Positions 48,401-57,884 of a stretch of 57,884 nt of DNA are shown one piece after another. The stretch is from Vairimorpha necatrix (lineage: Eukaryota). A program made the translations under genes and the position numbers. The DNA is taken from positions 1,240,001-1,297,884 of the forward strand of contig CP142730.1 of assembly GCA_036630325.1 (NCBI GenBank), written 5' to 3'. Numbering within the stretch: the stretch's first letter is position 1; every line of letters begins with the position of its first letter. Under the pieces are notes generated by a model. The model had not been told where the DNA came from and made no database searches. It saw only the letters and a list, made by a program, of their open reading frames with translations.

Positions 48401-51400
48401 ATAAAAAACGTTAAATTAGAATAAGTATTTCTTAACTATAATACTATATAATATTTCACCTGGACGTTTTCAAGATTATTTACAAAAAAATAAAAAATTT
48501 CGAAAAGTTTGAATTGCATATATTAAATATTAACAATATGATAATACTTCGGGAAAACAAATAAGAATCTTAGAAAAAACACCTAAATAATATTTATATA
48601 TCGTTAGTTTAAAAAATTTACAAGTATTCTTAAGAAATTAAATTTTTAGAATATATAAGAATTCATTTGCACATATTTAAATAAAAAAAAAAAAATTTAT
48701 ATTATTTAGCATAAAAATGAAATATTATTAGTTAAAAGAAAAACTTAAAAATTCCTCTTATAAAATAAAAAATTTTGTTCTTTGTCTTATAATTATCAGA
48801 TATTTAAATTTTTTGAATCAAAAATTTTATATAACTGTTATAGTCAATATTTTTGAAGAAAAATTGAAATTTAATTTTGATATTATATATTGTATAGTTC
48901 AATAAAATGCGTTAGATTAATTCTAAGTATGAAAAGGTCAAGAAAAGTTATACTTCAATATAAATTTTTAATACACAAAGATTGACCTACAAGTAAAATA
49001 AAATAATGCCAATAAAAATCTTTGAAAAAACTAATATATTTCGAAATGCAATTTCAATAATGATATTTGAGGTTAATATTACAAAAATAATTAAAAGAAA
49101 ATATATTTAAAGTAGTAGGATAACTTTTTTTAAAAAAAAACATATTGGACTAAAACTCGTTTTGAAAATAAATCTTAATATCTAAAATAGTATAAAAAAC
49201 ATTCAAACTAAACGTTCAAATAATTTTAGATAAGTAAAAAGATGGATGTTTCATACGATTAAATTTTCACGACTAATTAATCTAGAAGTCTCAACCACTA
49301 AAACGAAAATAATATTTTTTGATCATTAAATTGAATTTTATATTTTCAAATTTTGGTCTTTATAATACACATACGACTGATTAAAATAAGTAGAGTTTAG
49401 AACATATAACGACTCAATTTTTTTTTAAAAATAATATATCAATTAAAAATTTAATACGCAATATATTACACCTACATTATTAAACATGTTTATATATTCA
49501 ACCTACACGAGAAACATATGATTCAATAACGAAAAATTTATAAAAATGTTAATAATCATCTATTAAAATTTTTTTATATTTGTATTTCAAAAGAAACCAT
49601 ATCACGGAGGGTTTTAGAAAATTGTAGATTAAAGTTTTAAAAAAACTATCAATATTTCAAAAAGTTTTAAAAATGATTTAAATTATTCTTATAGTAAAAC
49701 ATTAAAACTATTTATCGCAAGGAAACATTGGAAAGTTCTTCATTTCTAAAAACTCATTTCTTATGCTTAACTTAAGTTTTTAAAATTATTATAAAAATGT
49801 AGCATATATAAACCAAATAATATCAAGAAAATTTATAATAAAAATTTAAAGTTTTAAAGAAACATGAAGACATACGACGAAAATAAAATATAAACATCTA
49901 TAGAGAAACACAACGAAGACATTTCATTCTGTTATCATTTATTACAACAGTATTTTGAAATTTTAGGTTATAATCTGTAAAAATATAAGAAAATTAAATA
50001 CAAAAATTTTTTTTAATGGAAATAATGATAAATATCTGAGAAAAAAATTAATAATGAATAGAAAACATATTAAATACATTATAAATGATAAGATTATCAA
50101 TATATATATATATATATATATATATACAAATTGTAAATTTATACACAAAACAAAGCTGGATATGAATTTCTTATTTCTTCATGTGAATTTTTCTAGTAAA
50201 TATAATATAGTCCACGTATTTCTTAATGATACTATAATTATGATAATTAAAATCAAAATAAATTATTTTAAGTAAATTTTTGGAAAATATCTTACACTAA
50301 CCGAAGAATTTAAAAATATAAATCAATAAGAGCTAAGAAGGTTAAATAAAACAAATAAACAAAACCCAATGCAACTAATTAATAGATATTTATATAAATT
50401 TTTAGATAATTTAATGTAAGAGCGTATAAATTAAAAAAACAAAACTTATCTTTAATAACGACAGAAAATAGTTTAATTGAAATATAATAATGCATAAACC
50501 CAATTACATGGTAAACATAGATGCATTTGACGATTTCTAATAATTTTTTTTTATATTTACTTAAAATATTTATTTAGAAAAAAAAAATATAATAAATTGA
50601 AAAATTAAATTGTAAATATTTTAACAAAAAAATCTTTATAAATTTTTTTTGGAATAAACATTTTGATTTTGTAGAATGAAATCAATCTAATGATTTAATT
50701 AAAAATTAGAATTTTTCAATAATCCATGAATTGGTGTTATCATAAAAAATAACATTTTAACATAACACATTATGTAAAACATTTTCATAGATAATGATAG
50801 GTTACTTTTAAACTATTCGCAATTTTTTAAGCAATAATTTTGAATATACAACATATTTGAATCGCAAAAATTTATCAATTTTAACTGGTTATCAAATATA
50901 TCAAACTAATTCTCTTCATAATTGAAATTATATGAAGATCAATCAAGAAGTAAATCTTACGGTTATAAAAGAAAATATATAAGTACAAACAAAACATATC
51001 CTGGGCATTATGATCACATATCAAATATATTTTTTATAGGATTTATTTTTCAATTATCCAATATTTTCACTCCCCCTTACTTTTAAAATATAATATTTTC
51101 TACCATAGAAAATTTGAATCCCAAAGAGAACATAAAAAATAGACACAAATACATTTGTAATTAAAAAAGACTTCCTGGACAGTTAGGCAAATACATAGAT
51201 AAATAGATGTAAAATAGAAGAAGCCTCATCCCTATGCAGCAGCCAAGTAGATATAAATATTCATAAAAAATTAAAAAAAACAAAATTTTGCGAAAATATT
51301 TTATTTTATAAAAATTAATTAAATCATATTAATCTGATAAATCTTAAGTACTTTCATTGATCTATTTTAATATCACATAATTTTATACTGAAATATTCAA

Positions 51401-51704
51401 ATGTAATTAGTTATTTCTATTGAATTTTCAAACAAACACTGGAATCAAGTCCTTAATGTTTCCAAGTTATTAAGTCCTTTTACTTTCTTGGAATAATGAT
51501 CCAATTTTTTTTTCAAAGTCATTATCATAAGTTTTCCTAAAGAGTATAAGTTTCTGTTTCTGTATATATGCGTTAGTACATCTTTCGAGATTTAGGTTAT
51601 TTGTATAATATCGCTAAAATATTTTTTTTAGTATAATACGATTTTTTTAAGTAAAAAATATGTTAAAACACAAAAATGACCTTTTTTACAATAATATATA
51701 TTAC

Positions 51705-51958
51705 TGTGGTATTAACCACATGGGATTTTTGAATTGTTGAGATGTCAAAAATCTCAACGAATTTTCTAGAATTATTTTTTGTATAAATAAAAATAATTTG
51801 TTTAGGGGCAAGTATTTCAGAGAGAATGAACAAGAACCATAATAACAATAAATATATTAACCACAGTAAAAATTATATTAAACAAAATCTAAAACACTAT
51901 AACAAATATAGTAGAGAGTTTTCTCAGTACGGGGAAGGTCCCGCTGAGAAATACCACA
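51705..51958 (+). repeat. Solo LTR, 254 bp
   Basis: Termini TGTGGTAT...ATACCACA (8-bp inverted repeat). Perfect TSD ATTAC at 51700-51704 and 51959-51963. AATTTTCTAGAATT is shared with the family C LTR. Confidence 0.85.
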
Positions 51959-52056
51959 ATTACAAATTAAAGAAGTAATTTCATTTTTTTACAATATATT
52001 ATTACATAAATTTATTCGCAGAAAAACATTAAAAATACTTTAAGTATTAATTATAA

Positions 52057-55000
52057 TATTAAAGTCGAACCTATTATTAAATAAATGTATAACATGGCGA
52101 ACACAAAATACGAAAGGTTAACACAAGTGAGACCTGTGTTTAAGAGAAGAAAAAAATACTAAAAGAAGCTCGGAGAGTGAGACAATCATCATAATGCAGA
52201 AAGATGTACAAGATGTGACAACATAAAAAGGAAGCAAGTAAGTACTGAACTTCAAAATTTTAATATTGATAAAAAACTACTTAGTATGATAAATTGGAAT
52301 GATATTATTGATAGAATTGATAAATTAGTTGTGAAGAGAAAGAGATAAGAACAAGAAAAAAATAAGGTGTAGAGAACTAGAAGATATGGTAGAGGGTATG
52401 AAAGAAAAATTAAAAAGAGAGAAAAAAAAAAAGATTTCACTAGAACTGTAGCAGTGCCAGGAAGTTACTTATAATATCAAAGACGAAAAAAAAACATTGT
52501 TTTATATGTGTAAGAATTATACATATAGCTAGAGGTTGTATGGAGCGTAAAGGAAGACATGAAGAGAATAATGAAAATAAAAGTGTTAAATATTTATGCA
52601 TTCGTGGTAATAGTAAAATGAAAATATTAAAAGGAATTGATTTCAAATTGAGACTACCAGTGGAGGTAGAAAGAGAGAACTCAAGAAACAGTTTTTATGT
52701 AAAAAATTCAAACCAAGATAAAAGAAGAAAAAATATTAATAAATATGAAGAATTAGAAGGAAAATTTTCGAGGTATTGTGAAAAGACGAAGGAAAAAGAA
52801 AATACTCAACAGGGATAAAATGTTCTTTTAAAACAAAACAATGAGTGAAATTAGTGCAAAAGAAACAAAATATTCCTTATAAACTTTGAGAAAAGTTAGA
52901 AAAGTATATTAATTTATTAGAAAGTAGAGGTATTATCAGAAGGACAAAGAGCAAATGGAAAAGCCTAATAAAGCCCATAGAAAAACCAAATGGTAAAGTA
53001 CAATTGAGAAGCAATTTGATGGCTTATAATGAACTGGAATAAAAAGATCTGTATGAAATGCCATTGATTAGAGACATATTAAAGCAACGCAAGGTTCTAA
53101 AGTATTTATGGTTATAGACCTAAAGGAAAGATTCTATCATATAGAAATTGAGAGAGCTTACAAACATAAGACAGCTTTTAAGATAAATGGTAGAGTTTAC
53201 GAATGGAATGGCATGGTAAAAAATTAAAAAATGCTCCCCATATTCTGCAAAGAGTGATGAACGGAGTTTTAAATAAGTTTAGAGGCAAGAGTGTTGAGTT
53301 GTACATGGATGATATTATTATTTATGCATGAGATAGTAATATACAAGAAAATTTTTTAAAACAAGTAATTCGAAAATTTAACGAATGTGGATTTAAAGAA
53401 ACTTAAAAAAGATACAATATAAAGGAGAAGTAAAACTACTGGAGTAACAATTAACTGAGAAGACATTAAAATGAAAAAATATATAGGAGTAGACATTAGA
53501 ATACAGAAAGCCTAACAACATAAAAGATCTTAGAAGAGTTGAGGAGCGGGCAGGCTGGTTAAGAGATTTTATTCATCATTATGCTTATCGGTCAGCGCTT
53601 CTTACAAGAGCACTAAAAAAAGATAGTAAATGAAAATGGTTACAAGATATGGAAAGAGCTTTTATGGATATCAAAGAGGATTTAAAGGATGTGAAAAAAT
53701 TAAAAATAGAAGATAGATAAAAAAAATATTTAGAGTAAGAACGTGTGCATGCGATACGACAATTGGAGCCATACTTCTGCAAGAAGACAAGGAAGATAGG
53801 TGGATTTGAAACAATGGGCATCAAAAATGATAACATTAACAGATAAAAAGTATATGATTACTAAAAAAGAGATGTTGGCAGTGTTATTCGGAATAAAGAA
53901 ATTTGAGTCAGATTTGTGAGGAAGAAAAATTCATTTAATAACAGATCATTAATCACTGGCCGAGATTAGAAACAAACCGTTTTTCAATAATTACATAATT
54001 AAGAGATGGATAGAATATATACAAGAGTTCGATTTTATTTTTGAATATGTAAAAGGAGAATTGATCACGTATTTATATGCTCATAGTAGACAATTTAAAA
54101 AAACGAAGTGAAAGTAAAAAAGCGAAAGTAGAAACGGCCCAAAAACAGATGAAAGAAAAAGAAATAAAGCGCATGGTCAATAGAAAAGGTAAAAACTATT
54201 GGAAGTTTTCAACAGGAGAAATTAATAAATACAACACAAAGAAATAAGTGAGAACAGAAATTCATAGAGTTCATGAGGAATTAAATCATCGAGGAGTTAA
54301 GGGAACACATTATAAGATTATACAAAGATGGTACTGGCCAGGTATGAAGGACCAGATAACCACATCGCTAAAAAATTGTTAAGTATGTAGCATTAATAAC
54401 AGAAACGCGACCTGAGGTTGCAATTTTGTAACAACATTCAAGAAATTAGAAAAAGTAGTTTAGACGTATTGGATATTGTAGAAAAAGAAAGGTACGTGCG
54501 GTTAGGTATTGACTACTTTGAGAGAAAGAGTATGGGGCGCAAAGATGAAAAATGAGAGAAGTGATGTTATTACGAAAATTTTAGAAAAAATTGTTTAAGG
54601 AAGATGGATACACAGATGAATATTTTACGGATAACGGTAAAGAATTTGTCAGTAATAAGTTTGTAACTTGGTGTAAAGTAAACGAAATTATGCAATAGAA
54701 AGTAGGTTTAGAAGCTCATAGGAGTAATGGAAGAATAGAACGATGTATTTGAACAATAAGGGAATCGATGATCCATGAAAAAGAAGGAAACCCAGAGGAA
54801 AAACTAGAACAAGCTGTAAGAACTAATAATTCTTACACACAGCGATTAATTCAACACAATTGAAGCATGGAAAGAACAAGGAAAATAAGTCTTTATTGAA
54901 AACAATAAAAAGGGTGTGTATTCAAGTAATTTTAATTTAAGGCATAGAGAAAAATTTGAAGTAGATCAGGCTGTGAGAATTGCAATAAGAGAAAACAAGG

Positions 55001-55228
55001 GTAAATAGATGAAAAGTATGAAAGGAAGATTTACAAATGTTGATAAAAGGAGGGGAAAGTCTGAGAATAATTCTTATATTGTAAGGATTGATAGCGGAAG
55101 ATACATTAAGAAAGACATTATGACCTAGAATTTTATAAAAATGATAAATTAGAAGCTTGTAACCTGAGACTACCCGTTTGAAGGAGAAATGTTAGGGTTG
55201 AACTTTCCTATTAAATAAATGTATAACA
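52057..55228 (+). mobile_element. Decayed full-length family A Gypsy element with 38/39-bp LTRs
   Basis: LTRs at 52057-52094 and 55190-55228 end in identical TATTAAATAAATGTATAACA. TSD TATAA on both sides. Same PBS TGGCGAACAC and pre-PPT GAGACTACCCGT as the copy at 200. Colinear pol (YMDD near 53302; HEELNHRG near 54272) with many stops and frameshifts. Confidence 0.93.
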
Positions 55229-55391
55229 TATAATCATTAATCTGAAAAAAAAATAATTGAATAAAAAAAATAGTTAGATAAATTTTTATTAAAAATTTTC
55301 TTTTTTTATTTATTTTAGTTACATATTGATTTAACTGATAAATTTTTTAAACAAAAGATTGAGGAAGTTTTGAGGGCTAAAAGCTTACGTG

Positions 55392-57884
55392 TTAGTTAGG
55401 TTAGGTAGGGTAGGTTAGGTAGGTTAGGTAGGGTAGGTAGGTAGGTTAGGTAGGTGGTAGGTAGGTGGTGGTGGGGGTAGGTTAGGGTAGGGTGGTTAGG
55501 TGGTTAGGTAGGTGGTGGTAGGTAGGGTAGGTAGGGTGGGGTAGGTAGGTGGTAGGTTAGGTAGGTAGGTTAGGTAGGTAGGTAGGTAGGTAGGTAGGTT
55601 TAGGTAGGTTAGGTAGGTAGGTAGGTAGGTTAGGTAGGTTAGGTTAGGTAGGTAGGTTAGGTAGGTAGGTTAGGTAGGTAGGTTAGGTTAGGTAGGTTAG
55701 GTAGGTTAGGTAGGTTAGGTAGGTTAGGTAGGTTAGGTAGGTAGGTAGGTAGGTAGGTAGGTAGGTGTAGGGTTAGGTAGGTAGGTAGGGTAGGTAGGTA
55801 GGTTAGGTGGTTAGGTTAGGTTAGTAGGTTAGGTTAGGTGTTAGGTTAGGTAGGTTAGGTAGGTAGGTTAGGTAGGTTAGGTAGGTTAGGTAGGTAGGTA
55901 GGTTAGGTTAGGTAGGTAGGTAGGGTGGTTAGGTAGGTAGGTAGGTAGGTAGTAGGTAGGTAGGTTAGGTAGGTAGGTAGGTAGGTAGGTAGGTTAGGTA
56001 GGTTAGGTAGGTAGGTAGGTGGTAGGTAGGTTAGGTAGGTAGGTAGTAGGTTAGGTAGGTTAGGTAGGTTAGGTAGGTTAGGTAGGTTAGGTAGGTTAGG
56101 TAGGTAGGTTAGGTAGGTTAGGTAGTAGGTTAGGTAGGTTAGGTAGGTAGGTAGGTTAGGTAGGTTAGGTTAGGTAGGTAGGTAGGTAGGTAGGTTAGGT
56201 TAGGTAGGTTAGGTTAGGTAGGTTAGGTAGGTTAGGTTAGGTTAGGTAGGTTAGGTTAGGTAGGTAGGTTAGGTTAGGTAGGTTAGGTAGGTTAGGTAGG
56301 TAGGTTAGGTTAGGTAGGTTAGGTAGGTTAGGTTAGGTTAGGTAGGTTAGGTAGGTAGTAGGTAGGTTAGGTTAGGTAGGTAGGTAGGTTAGGTAGGTTA
56401 GGTTAGGTTAGGTAGGTTAGGTTAGGTAGGTAGGTTAGGTAGGTAGGTAGGTTAGGTAGGTAGGTAGGTAGGTTAGGTAGGTAGGTTAGGTTAGGTAGGT
56501 AGGTAGGTAGGTAGGTTAGGTAGGTTAGGTAGGTAGGTAGGTAGGTTAGGTTAGGTTAGGTAGGTTAGGTAGGTTAGGTAGGTTAGGTAGGTAGGTAGGT
56601 TAGGTAGGTTAGGTAGGTAGGTTAGGTAGGTTAGGTAGGTTAGGTAGGTAGGTAGGTAGGTTAGGTAGGTAGGTAGGTTAGGTAGGTAGGTTAGGTAGGT
56701 TAGGTTAGGTAGGTTAGGTTAGGTTAGGTAGGTTAGGTAGGTTAGGTTAGGTTAGGTAGGTAGGTAGGTTAGGTAGGTAGGTAGGTTAGGTTAGGTAGGT
56801 TAGGTAGGTTAGGTAGGTAGGTTAGGTAGGTTAGGTTAGGTTAGGTTAGGTAGGTTAGGTTAGGTAGGTAGGTTAGGTAGGTTAGGTAGGTTAGGTAGGT
56901 AGGTTAGGTAGGTTAGGTTAGGTAGGTTAGGTAGGTAGGTAGGTTAGGTAGGTTAGGTTAGGTAGGTAGGTAGGTTAGGTAGGTTAGGTTAGGTAGGTAG
57001 GTAGGTTAGGTAGGTTAGGTAGGTAGGTTAGGTAGGTAGGTTAGGTAGGTTAGGTAGGTTAGGTAGGTTAGGTTAGGTAGGTTAGGTAGGTTAGGTAGGT
57101 AGGTTAGGTAGGTTAGGTTAGGTAGGTAGGTTAGGTAGGTAGGTTAGGTAGGTTAGGTAGGTAGGTAGGTAGGTTAGGTAGGTAGGTTAGGTAGGTAGGT
57201 AGGTAGGTTAGGTAGGTTAGGTAGGTTAGGTAGGTAGGTAGGTTAGGTAGGTTAGGTAGGTTAGGTAGGTAGGTAGGTTAGGTAGGTAGGTTAGGTAGGT
57301 AGGTTAGGTAGGTAGGTTAGGTTAGGTAGGTTAGGTAGGTTAGGTAGGTTAGGTAGGTTAGGTTAGGTAGGTAGGTAGGTAGGTAGGTTAGGTAGGTTAG
57401 GTAGGTTAGGTAGGTAGGTTAGGTTAGGTTAGGTAGGTTAGGTAGGTAGGTTAGGTTAGGTAGGTTAGGTAGGTAGGTTAGGTAGGTAGGTAGGTAGGTT
57501 AGGTAGGTAGGTAGGTAGGTTAGGTAGGTTAGGTTAGGTTAGGTAGGTTAGGTAGGTAGGTAGGTTAGGTAGGTTAGGTAGGTTAGGTTAGGTAGGTAGG
57601 TAGGTAGGTTAGGTTAGGTTAGGTAGGTAGGTTAGGTTAGGTAGGTTAGGTTAGGTAGGTTAGGTAGGTTAGGTAGGTTAGGTAGGTAGGTTAGGTAGGT
57701 TAGGTAGGTAGGTTAGGTAGGTAGGTTAGGTAGGTTAGGTAGGTAGGTTAGGTAGGTTAGGTAGGTTAGGTAGGTAGGTAGGTAGGTTAGGTAGGTTAGG
57801 TAGGTAGGTTAGGTAGGTTAGGTAGGTAGGTTAGGTTAGGTTAGGTAGGTAGGTAGGTTAGGTAGGTTAGGTAGGTAGGTAGGT
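55392..57884 (+). repeat. Telomeric tract, irregular mix of TAGG and TTAGG
   Basis: About 2.5 kb of G-rich repeats running to the window end. The proximal part has TAGGG/TGG/TAG variants. Beyond about 56360 I see only TAGG and TTAGG. Confidence 0.97.

Overview
Very AT-rich eukaryotic chromosome end. It is most consistent with a Nosema/Vairimorpha-type microsporidian, based on intronless genes, CCC motifs just upstream of ATGs and a mixed TAGG/TTAGG telomere (inference, not a database result). Only three host genes are intact (8330-9631, 11902-12930, 20295-22592), all predicted secreted or membrane proteins of unknown family. The rest is a transposon-rich subtelomere ending in about 2.5 kb of composite telomeric repeat (55392-57884). 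The most striking object is a 3075-bp Ty3/Gypsy retrotransposon (200-3274). It has identical 38-bp LTRs, a perfect 5-bp TSD, and a single intact Gag-RT-RNaseH-IN ORF that starts in the 5' LTR, stops in the 3' LTR and has no recognisable aspartic protease. A decayed second member (52057-55228) has the same 38/39-bp LTRs and its own perfect TSD, which indicates a family-level design. Also present: a young Gypsy element with 110-bp LTRs nested in a Merlin transposon, a gag-only LTR element, a relic with 55-bp LTRs, solo LTRs, RLE-type LINE fragments, TIR/foldback elements (one carrying a tRNA-His-like sequence), a 157-bp satellite and an interstitial telomeric tract.
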